Of a stretch of DNA of 14,847 bases, positions 1-9,479 are shown one piece after another (positions within the stretch are counted from its first letter, which is position 1; each line of letters opens with the position of its first letter). Source of the DNA: Tubiluchus corallicola (lineage: Eukaryota > Animalia > Priapulida). The notes beneath the pieces are model-generated. The model had not been told where the DNA came from, made no database searches, and saw only the letters and a list, made by a program, of their open reading frames with translations. The DNA lies in contig JAQGDQ010002105.1 of the NCBI GenBank assembly GCA_030141605.1, positions 1-14,847 of the forward strand, read 5' to 3'. The translations under genes and the position numbers were made by a program.

Positions 1-686
1 CAGTAGTTTTTAGTTTGCACTGGATGCATTTGCCTTTAACAGTTGTGTGAATTTTTGAATTTTATTCTCATGCTGCGATGTTCTTTTATGCTTTTATAGT
101 TATGAATATCGATTTTTATGGCAAATAAAGATTATATTATATTATAATTATATAATACTAATGTGATTTTCAATATTATACTGCTAGTATTCAAACTATG
201 ATGCTTCTACCGTTGTAGTTGTTGCCTGCACTCTTGTAAGTGTTACGTTTCATCAGTTACATATTAGTGCCTGTTCAAGCCGTATGTTGCTATTACAGAA
301 AAACTACGTTCAAACTAAACCACTATCTTACAGAGCTGCAAAGTTAGGGAGCGATTACACAATATACAGTTTGGTGTAGCTAATCACTATTCGTCTGGAG
401 CTTCATTGAATAAAGACCTAGTTGTCTTGGCTACTACCCAGCTTGCTTCAGTGACTTACAGCACTTTGGATTAGAGAATTAGGGTACCGAGATCACGTTT
501 GCGCTGGTGTTTTGTTCACTATCGTCCATTGAACAGCATTCATGGGATTCCGTCTCTGTAGAAGCCATTTGAGGCTTTTTCTAGGAAAGACAATTAAAGC
601 TGTAAAAGTTTATGTTGCTCTATAAGATATTGCTCTCTCGCTTAACTGAATTAGCTTACTTTGGGAAATTAAAAAACTTTATAGTC

Positions 687-1001
687 AATGAATAAATGAA
701 AAAGTAATAATTTCAGTGATTGAATGACAGATGGATAAAAGGACAAACAAACGTCTACCTGAACGATTGAACAAATGAACGAACGAATGAACAAGGAAAT
801 AAACGAACAACTAAATGAATCATGAACAGATGAATGAATAAATAAATGAACGAAAGAATGAACGAACATATGAGTGAATAAATAAACGAACGAAAGAATG
901 AACGAACGAGCAAGCGAGTGGACATGTATGCTTATGAAAAACGAAAGAAGGAAGGAAAGAACGAACGAACGAAGGAATAAATGAGTAGACTAATAGATGA
1001 A
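687..1001 (+). repeat. Degenerate (GAAT/GAAC)n tetranucleotide microsatellite
   Basis: Runs such as aatgaacgaacgaatgaac and gaatgaacgaacgag. Explains the low-complexity minus-strand ORFs 669-869 and 820-1029. Confidence 0.9.
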
Positions 1002-1129
1002 TTATTGCAGGTCTACTAGCACGTTGCATGGCATGGAGACATTCTAGGGTTTTTTAAACATTCAAGCTGCAATTTAGAACTGGCTGTCGTCGTCTACTAT
1101 GTAGATAATTGTACAATATTATGAACCGG

Positions 1130-1249
1130 AACTACGGCCATATCACGTTGAAAACACCGGTTCTCTTGGGATCACCGAAGTTAAGCAACGTAGAGCCTGG
1201 TTAGTACTTGGATGGGTGACCGCTTAGGAATACCAGGTGCTGTAGGCTT
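1130..1249 (+). pseudogene. 5S rRNA-like sequence forming the SINE head, with type 1 Pol III internal promoter
   Basis: 120 nt from ctacggccatatcacgttgaaaacaccgg to gaataccaggtgctgtaggctt. Box A region (agttaagcaacg, ~1179-1190) and box C region (tggatgggtgaccgc, ~1210-1224) are present. No oligo-T terminator follows, and ttggg replaces the usual gtccg. Confidence 0.9.
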
Positions 1250-1680
1250 GCGAGATGCCCACACTGTATCTCGACACTGGGCGGAGGAGCTGTACAAGCA
1301 GCCAATGGCTAGACGGCGGAGGAGGTCAAGTGACCCAACTGCCATGTGTAGAGGAGTAAACCTTCCAAATCAGGAGTGGAGCCCCGATGGCGGACCAGTG
1401 CAGCATGCTCACTGACTGCGGCAGCTCCTGCAGCCAACCTGGTGCCAAACGTATCGCTCCGCTTTCCTTTGGACTACACCAGGGAGGAAGAGAGGGGGTT
1501 CCTGTTGTCTGGGCAACTCAGGATCTCCATACACCTTGCCCGGGCGTGCGCCCTGGAGACGTTCAAGGATCGCACTGCTCAGCCACAGTCGACGCTGCAG
1601 CTCCATCAATGTGATCAATAACTGACTCTCTTGGCGCACACTCCATTGTCTTCCGAGACAGAAGGATGCCAACAACAACA
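1130..1680 (+). mobile_element. 5S rRNA-derived SINE (SINE3-type), copy 1, full length
   Basis: Full 5S head (1130-1249), GC-rich body shared with 14251-14744, (CAA)n tail at 1670-1680, and a perfect 12-bp direct repeat attatgaaccgg at 1118-1129 and 1681-1692. No T4 run inside the element. Confidence 0.92.
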
Positions 1681-2695
1681 ATTATGAACCGGGTATTCGA
1701 ATGTAAACACATCTTTTCAACGAGGCAAAAAACCAGAACTGTATAATGAACAAAACCACCCAGAGGAAGTACTGAACCCGGCGACCACTCAAGCTAAGCT
1801 TCGGTCACAGAGGAGCAGTTGACTTTTCATCTCGCCGTCGTGTGTGGAATGGTTTAACTGTGGATCACATTATACATCGAACACATAACAAACGTACATA
1901 GATTAAATTACCCAAAAACAATGTGCACTTGCTTTAGGGCATAACTTAAACTTTGGCCAATTACAATTACATTACTGTACCATTACATACACGTTTCCCT
2001 ACCTGTTAAATTTGGTCTTGCCCCTTTTACTGCCATCAGTCATGTGACCAGGTAATGGCCAGGTAGATATTACCTGGTATGCAATTCAAGCTGATATGAT
2101 GTGAATGTTGTGAATTGATTTCTGTTGCTTTTTTGCAAGTTATAATCGCCAAAACTCAGGGAGACCACATGTAAGTGTCTAAATATCTTTACTGAACTGC
2201 TTTATACAATTAGGGCTATTTTGCTGTTATTTTTTTTGTATAATTATAGACGAAAATCACGTAACCTAATTTAGTAATTTACCTGTTTTAAACTTGTGTT
2301 TTTCGCTAAAAACTTGTTGCTTATTACAGATAAAACATACAATTGCTGCATATTAAACATATTTGATGTTCTGGAGTTTAAATGTAGTACAGTGCCATTA
2401 CTTTTTTGCTAACTGTTTACAAATAAAAGAACTGTACGCACAAGAAAACAAGCACGCTTTCACGCACAGCAAGAGCACGCACGCACACAACACAGAGACA
2501 ACAAGTCTTATTAAAGCCTTTCACGCGCGCAGCAAGTGGGAGGAAGACAAAGTTTCTGTTATGCCAGCGGAAGCCTGTCAAGTTTCATTAGAAAACCTGA
2601 CAGATCCACCTGCCTGGATTAGATGATTAAAACCGCGATCTATGAAAATTCAGTTTAAAGATAGTGTCTCGAAAGCACGATTGATTACCTGTATT

Positions 2696-2700
<5 letters not shown>

Positions 2701-2746
<46 letters not shown>

Positions 2747-2751
2747 ATATA
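2701..2751. repeat. (TA)n microsatellite, probably the tail of the adjacent LINE remnant
   Basis: About 25 TA units with one interruption. Confidence 0.97.
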
Positions 2752-3270
2752 AATTCTTTATTTGTCATTAAAATGGTTCACTCATTATAATAGAATTGAG
2801 TAAGCCTCAGCGTAATGTTAAAATAACAACACTGTTCAAGACAAATGCGTCCAGTGCATACTAAAAAAACTAAAGTGCAAAACTAAGGTTTAATTATATA
2901 CAATATATGAACATATTTTTACAAAACAATTTTACAAAAGTACATTAAATTTTACACGACATATTTTACACTATATATACATTTGACATGACACAATTAA
3001 CAGAAACATGCTTTACATTACATAAATTTCACTCATTACATTTACACTATTTATACATTTGACATTACAAAACTAACATAACACGTATTATATTACATAA
3101 TTTTTTAAAAATTTTACATTATTAATCGTTTTATGGAGTCAGGGGCGGGGGTAGATGAAAGTTGAGTCTGTGTAATTAGTATCAGATACACAATGTGGAA
3201 GTTGAAACCTGTTATATTGATATTCTTTTAATTTCTTTTTAAAGTGGAGAGATTCTATTTGTTTTATTTC
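2701..3270 (-). mobile_element. 5'-truncated LINE 3' end (CR1/L2-group-like)
   Basis: Minus strand 3270->3139 translates EIKQIESLHFKKKLKEYQYNRF...PRP*, resembling the ORF2 C-terminal 'EIK...SL..FKKKLK.Y' motif. It is followed by an AT-rich 3'UTR, AATAAA (2762-2757) and a (TA)n tail. No TSD found. Confidence 0.55.
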
Positions 3271-3545
3271 AAAATGTCTTCTCAAATTATCTAAATCTGT
3301 ATAATAAGAGCATTAGATAACATTATTTAGTTCTGTATGCTGAACTGATGCTACTATGAAACTGATTACCTAAAAGCACAAGAAAAGCCTTATTAAAAGT
3401 ATTAAAAAGTTAAGTTAACGCAAGGATCATGGTGATCATGCACATATTAGGGTATTAGGGCACCAGTATTGTCACTAACATGCCCGTTTAGCATATGAAT
3501 ATTGCAAATTTTAAAGCACAAGAAAACCCTCCACTTACATAAAGC

Positions 3546-4155
3546 TTAAAGAATTCGTCTTGAAATTTTATATCACTTACATACTGCCTTTTTGCATGCA
3601 GGAGTTCAATCGGCAGTCACGCTGTATAAAACATGTAAATTTAAACTCCTGCGATGACCGTTAGACGCGGCGATTTTGACGACAGGTCATTTGAAACAAG
3701 TTTAGATAACATTTTGTAAAGTTTTAAAAAATAATCAGAGCATTCGTAGCGCACAAGTCACTAACTAAATAAAATTTTAAATTAGTGTATCTTGTCAATA
3801 AGATTAAAAATACCTTTTTGTATAGTGAGTGGCACACCCTGGAGTGTGAGTCAGGTGGTGAAAACCAATTGGTGAAAACATTTTAAATAATTTAAAAAAA
3901 TTTTTATAAGTCTTTCTAGCAGGTAAGCGACAAGGCAAGCAATATAGATTTTCATGGAAAGTTTTTTGAGACATAATTTAACATTGCCGTTTCTTCCCCT
4001 GATTTACGTTGTGCGTGTATGACGTCATGTAATGGCGTTGTCGGAACAATATTGCGGGAGATTTAAAATGCAAAAGAACTTCGTTTCAACGCGAGTACGA
4101 TATAGGCATAAAATTGCTGTAAAGTCATATAATTTTTTAAGACGATTTTTCTGAA
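3546..4155. mobile_element. Degenerate non-autonomous DNA transposon with imperfect ~35-bp TIRs (Kolobok-like TTAA+AG start)
   Basis: The reverse complement of 3546-3580 (gtaagtgatataaaatttcaagacgaattctttaa) aligns with 4119-4155 (gtaaagtcatataattttttaagacgatttttctgaa). The interior is relatively CpG-rich. The right end is degraded. Confidence 0.4.
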
Positions 4156-4667
4156 ACCTACTTCACGTGCCCCTTTTCTTGTCCATTAAGAAGACAAAAA
4201 AGGCAGTGCACCGATGTAGACTCTTCAGTACTGTCTTATTTTATCTTTTTATTACCTTGTTATCTTTGTTATCTTTTTTTTGAATAGTGTATACATGATA
4301 GTATGTATACATTATAAGTTAAATTACTTTGTAAGTGAATTTATAGTTTAATAGTGAAGCTGTACTTGGATATCGTGTAATTGTAACTTTGTAAACTCTA
4401 TCATCTAATTCTACTTTACCCAAAGGTCGCTAAAAATATGTTATGTTGTAAAAAATAGTCAATAAAAACTACAACAACAACAACTACTACTGCTGTACAT
4501 GTTCGTCAGCAACGCCTGTCTATCCGAAGCCTAAAAATGGAATAATCTTGTAAGCTGCTCAAAAGATCACGTGTAATCTCGTGGATAAGTACTAATAACG
4601 AATAATGTCGTAATTATGATATTTAGATTTTCAATGAATTTCAGTTCAATTTTGTTACTGCTGCCAG

Positions 4668-5042
4668 CAGGGCCTATTTCAGCCTACGCGAGGCCCGGGG
4701 AAGTGGGGGCGTGTGAGGCCCCATCGGGGGGGGGGGGGGGCGAGCGCTACCATGGTTGGCGCCCAGAACATTTTTGAACTGCTAGAACAAGAAGAGAAAA
4801 TATGGAGTTATACAGTTGTTAAAGGAAAGAACAATTGAAAGAAAAACTGCTTTATTCTCAAGACCAGTCCTTAATACTTGTGTCAATACTGGCAAACGGC
4901 GTGCGTGCGGCAAGAGAGAAGGAGGGAGAGAGAGGAGGCAGTATGTTCGCTTAAGGCAAAAAATATTACCTTGGCGCGAGGCCCCCTGGAGGGTGAGGTC
5001 CCGGGGAAGTATCCCCACTTCCCTCCCTTGAAATAGGCCCTG
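4668..5042. mobile_element. hAT-like MITE, 375 bp
   Basis: Perfect 14-bp TIRs (cagggcctatttca 4668-4681; tgaaataggccctg 5029-5042) and a perfect 8-bp TSD gctgccag (4660-4667 and 5043-5050). Subterminal gaggccc-like repeats at both ends and a G15 run at 4726-4740. Confidence 0.93.
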
Positions 5043-5247
5043 GCTGCCAGCGTGCATTAGTGTTGCATTTTACTTCGCATGGAACAAAAAAATAGTAAAA
5101 AAATTAATGTACTACTCACATTGCATGCTTGGAACATACTATCTCAGTGCATATGTCGATGTTTAGACTTTTTATAGCTAGAAACTGCCTGTGAGGACCG
5201 GAAATAAACTTCGATTACAGCTAAGAAAAATTTAGCTACATACAAAC

Positions 5248-5671
5248 CTTGCAGATAAGCAGTGAACTTGCACATGAATTGACCATACACCCAGAGTTTG
5301 TAAACAGAGGTGCCCACAGCCATGGGCATGCAGACAAGAGTTACTAAAAGATCGGCCAAAGACAGATTGACCACTAGATAGTTGGTGGCACTTCTTGCGT
5401 GATGGTTTTTCAGAACGACCAGAATGACCACGACGTTGGCAGCAAACGATATAAGAAACATGGGAACATACAAACTGATCAGCGTTATACTGCCTGGGTT
5501 GCGATAGGTAAACAGTCCATTTTCTAATTCCTCGTAGAACACATCGGCAATGGAGGATAAATTTAAATCATCTAGAGAAGAATTGACATCGGATAAAATT
5601 CCAGCAATGTCGATGTAGTCGCTTCCTCCGTAATCCGCGAAGGTTGGACCGTTCGTGTGATAGTCGCACAT
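5248..5671 (-). CDS. First coding exon of a rhodopsin-like (class A) neuropeptide GPCR, orexin/allatotropin/QRFP/CCK-receptor-like (N-terminus to mid TM3)
   Basis: Acidic N-terminus with NSS and NLS sequons. TM1 with N1.50 (SFAANVVV), TNY..VNLSLADLLVTLVCMP (TM2), WVYGQFMCK (ECL1 and the TM3 Cys), then YLQ. GPCR-like sequence ends at a donor CAAG|GTTTGT (phase 1; 141 codons + 1 nt). I did not find the downstream exons in this window. Confidence 0.93.
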
Positions 5672-6310
5672 AATGCATTCACGTTGCTGCCTGATTTAAT
5701 AGTATTGCACAAAATCAACGCGCTGGAGTGTTGAATCTGAAGCAGTCGTCTAAAACCTGAATTACATCGTGCACGCATGCGCAGGTGTCTTCACATTCGA
5801 TTCCGTAATAGTATTACAATTGTTTAATATCCAATTCAAGGCAGCAAAGTTAGTTTTTGCTGTGTCAACATTTCGGCAGTTTTAATATCAAGTTTAAGTG
5901 TGAAAAGGTGTTTTTAGCTACTTGGTTGCCAATTTCTGTTACGAAATTTCTCTGCTTGTTCAATAAAAATAGACCGAGCAGACAGTATTGCAAGCGCAAC
6001 GCTCAAATTTAAATACTCGGTAAGACGTAAACCAGTAATTCTTGGCATATTTTTTTACAACAGCACTCGTGTTGCCTGCCACGAAGTTTTCGACGAAGCC
6101 ACTGACTCAGTTTCAGGTTCATATCAACCCCGGACGTCAGTTACAAAACTTCTACGTCCAGCGGTAACGCGAAAATTAAATTTTCAATAGGTCTTAAACA
6201 AATGTTTCTTTTTTAACATTCAGTAGCAAAACTTGTCGTAGCCAATGCACCAAGTTTCCTATCGTAAGACACAATATTACTGTAGCAAGCGCCGTTGCAA
6301 GCGCTTATTT

Positions 6311-6598
6311 TCTGTACTGTACTATACTGTACTATTACCGGTACTGTACTGTACTGTACTATTATCGGTACTGTACTGTACTGTACTGTACTGTACTATT
6401 ATCGGTACTGTACTGTACTATACTGTACTATTATCGGTACTGTACTGTACTGTACTATTATCGGTACTGTACTGTACTATTATCGGTACTGTACTGTGCT
6501 GTACTGTACTATTATCGGTACTGTGCTGTACTGTACTATTATCGGTACTGTACTATACTGTACTATTATCGGCACTGTACTGTACTATTATCTGTACT
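6311..6598 (+). repeat. (CTGTA)n / ctattatcggta composite satellite
   Basis: Blocks of ctgta pentamers alternating with ctattatcggta. Explains ORFs 6245-6661 and 6295-6600. Confidence 0.95.
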
Positions 6599-7202
6599 GA
6601 AACGCTGGAACGGTTGCCAACTGAAACGAGAATTTCCGACCTGACAGCTGAGCTTGCTTAGCCTTTGAAACACTGAAATGTTTTGGGAAAACGAGTAACG
6701 TTAAACTTAATGGTTATTTACAAGCGCTGGCTAATTTTCCAGCACATTTAGCGATAAATTACATGTTACAAGTCTGTCGTTCTAACGCCATTAAATAGGC
6801 TGTCACGGCCTCGTAGTCCAGATCACGTCGACCTAATTGTGAGCAGTAATTATATTCATTTGATACGGTCTTAATTGATCATAATTAGCTTGAGCTTGCA
6901 ACAGCTGCGTTCATCCTAGTGCAAGTTGTAGTCAAGAGTGACTCAAATCAGTAAAATCTCATTTGCAGTTATTAATGTATTACGCTGGTAACTGATGAAT
7001 CTGGGCTTGTAAGACATAGCAGAGGGACTTGAGTTTATAAATGCATTGTTATTCTGCGAGTGTGTGATATGAATTCACTTTGGTTTAGTATTCATGACGC
7101 ACAGTTCACAATTCTGCATTTTTAAGCGGCGTTGTATCCGGAATGTGTTGCGTTAGCGCGTAAACAATCTAGTACGCATTAACAACGCAATAACATGCGG
7201 TG

Positions 7203-7655
7203 TTAGTGGTGTGGTGTGGGTTGTGTTTGTGTAGTATGGTGAGTGTGGTGTGGTGTGGTGCGTTGTGGGTATTGTGGTGTTGTGGTAAGGTGTGGTGTGG
7301 TGTGCAGGGGGTGGTGTTTGTGTAGTTTGGAGAGTGTGGTGTGGTGCGTTGTGGGTATTGTGGTGTTGTGGTAAGGTGTGGTGTGGTGTGCAGGGGTGGT
7401 GTTTGTGTAGTTTGGAGAGTGTGGTGTGGTGTGGTGCGTTGTGGGTATTGTGGTGTTGTGGTAAGGTGTGGTGTGGTGTGCAGGGGGTGGTGTTTGTGTA
7501 GTTTGGAGAGTGCGGTGTGGTGTGGTGGTAAGGTGTGGTTGGTGTGGTATGGTGTGGAGAGGGTGGTGTTTGTGTAGTTTGGTGAGTGTGGTGTGGTGTG
7601 GTGTGTTGTGGGTACTGCGGTGTTGTGTTAATGTGTGGAGGGGTGGTGTGATGTG
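7203..7655 (+). repeat. (GTGTG)n-based GT-rich satellite with an ~86-90 bp higher-order unit
   Basis: gcgttgtgggtattg recurs at 7260, 7346 and 7436. Confidence 0.95.
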
Positions 7656-7703
7656 AAACAGATCAATGTTTCGCCAAGCTATTAAAAATTGCGTATCACT
7701 GAT

Positions 7704-8360
7704 GAGGTCGTGACCGCAGGTAGAGGTTGTGACCACAGATAGAGATTAGGTAGAGGTTGTGACCACAGGTAGAGATTGTGACCACAGGTAGAGATTAGGT
7801 AGAGGTTGTGACCACAGGTAGAGATTAGGTAGAGATTGTGACCACAGGTAGAGATTAGGTAGAGGTTGTGACCACAGGTAGAGATTAGGTAGAGATTGTG
7901 ACCACAGGTGGATATCAGGTAGAGGTTGTGACTACAGGTAGAGATCAGGTAGAGGTCGTGACTGCAGGTAGAGGTTGTGACCGCAGGTAGAGGTTGTGAC
8001 CACAGGTAGAGATTAGGTAGAGGTTGTGACCACAGGTAGAGATTAGGTAGAGGTTGTGACCACAGGTAGAGATTAGGTAGAGATTGTGACCACAGGTGGA
8101 TATCAGGTAGAGGTTGTGACTACAGGTAGAGATCAGGTAGAGGTTGTGACCACAGGTGGATATCAGGTAGAGGTTGTGACTACAGGTAGAGATCAGGTAG
8201 AGGTTGTGACCACAGGTAGAGATCAGGTAGAGGTTGTGACCACAGGTAGAGATTAGGTAGAGGTTGTGACCACAGGTAGAGATTAGGTAGAGGTTGTGAC
8301 CACAGGTAGAGATTAGGTAGAGGTTGTGACCACAGGTAGAGATTAGGTAGAGGTTGTGAC
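7704..8360 (+). repeat. 30-bp minisatellite built from 19-bp and 11-bp subunits
   Basis: Unit aggtagaggttgtgaccac+aggtagagatt, about 20 copies, with occasional lone 19-mers. Explains the STCGHNLYLI-repeat ORF. Confidence 0.97.
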
Positions 8361-8391
8361 GCATTACGTACACACTTTCACCTGTTTAAAT

Positions 8392-8651
8392 ATAAACTGT
8401 TGTATACGCATTACGCAATGCGGATCACGCACCACGCGCACATGGAGTCGTACCTTAACATAAAATGCGTGCTCACGACGACATAAAATAGTGAGAGAGA
8501 AATTTAAAGCCAACAAGGATAAACTGTTGTATACGCATTACGCATTGCGGATCACGCACCACGCGCACATAGAGTCGTACCTTAACATAAAATGCGTGCT
8601 CACGACGACATAAAATAGTGAGAGAGAAATTTAAGATCAACAAGGATAAAC
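8392..8651 (+). repeat. 127-bp tandem duplication
   Basis: Copies at 8392-8518 and 8519-8645 with only a few substitutions; ataaac occurs at 8392, 8519 and 8646. Confidence 0.95.
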
Positions 8652-9479
8652 AAAAACAAGCAAACAGCTGGTGTCATTATAGGAAGAATCTAGGTCTCTG
8701 TCACTACTTCTGGATTAAGTGAGCAATGCTAAAAACTCTGCCTTACATCAGGCTCATAGGAAAATAAACAAATGACGCAGTAACATAAACAAGCTACATC
8801 TGTAAACAAGTTAGCTTTATATTGATATTGATGTACATGTACATAATCATCATGCGATGCAATCAACATGCAAGTAAATAAAAAATAAAATACCAAAATC
8901 CTGGTACAGATTATGCAAAACAAGGCATCATTGATAAATCTTTAGAGCTGATGTCAACATAGTACAATCTATTATCTTTCTTCCTACCATTTCCACTAAC
9001 ACATCCTTCTACCCTTCCTGTGTGATCTAACCTTTCTCCCAGTTCTTCTTTTTGTTCACTCATCCATTCTTTTTTTTTATCGAGTTCACATGACTGTGGG
9101 CTTATACAAGCCTTTGCTTCTCTAGCCCACTGCAGTACAATTATTCTTTTATGATAACGATAGTGTATGAAACATAACAATTTAATACAGTAGATGTAAT
9201 AATTTTGATATCACTGTGTGCTTAATGTCATTATATTGTACTGAATGTGATAATAATAATAAATAAAAATAAAATAAAAAATAAAATACGTTTTGCTATC
9301 AGTTTTGTTAGTGGCGTCTCTTAATTGCATGCCATTACAAAAAAATAGTTCGTTTAGCTTTCCTTTTTGCTTGGTTTTCCGTTATTGGACTATAGAACTA
9401 CCTACCATTCACGTTTGCACAGTATTTACAGAAGACAGATGAGGCAACTTACACGGCCAAGTGGTCACGGCATCCGAAA

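Noticed and set aside
1130-1249. Functional 5S rRNA gene
   Set aside because: No T-run terminator, substitutions at conserved positions, and embedded in a TSD-flanked element.
2048-2076. Short inverted repeat ccaggtaat...attacctgg
   Set aside because: Only 9 bp, with no supporting TSD or element boundaries.
5144-5247. C-terminal 34 aa of the 175-aa ORF
   Set aside because: GPCR similarity stops at a GT donor, so this is intron read-through; no DRY motif follows.
7699-7720. Hammerhead-like ctgatga-ggtcgtgacc
   Set aside because: It is followed by gcag rather than the required GAAA, and I could not find stems I and III.
6245-8373. Cys/Tyr/Val-, His/Thr- and STCGHNLYLI-repeat ORFs
   Set aside because: They are translations of satellites, mostly open in several frames or on both strands.
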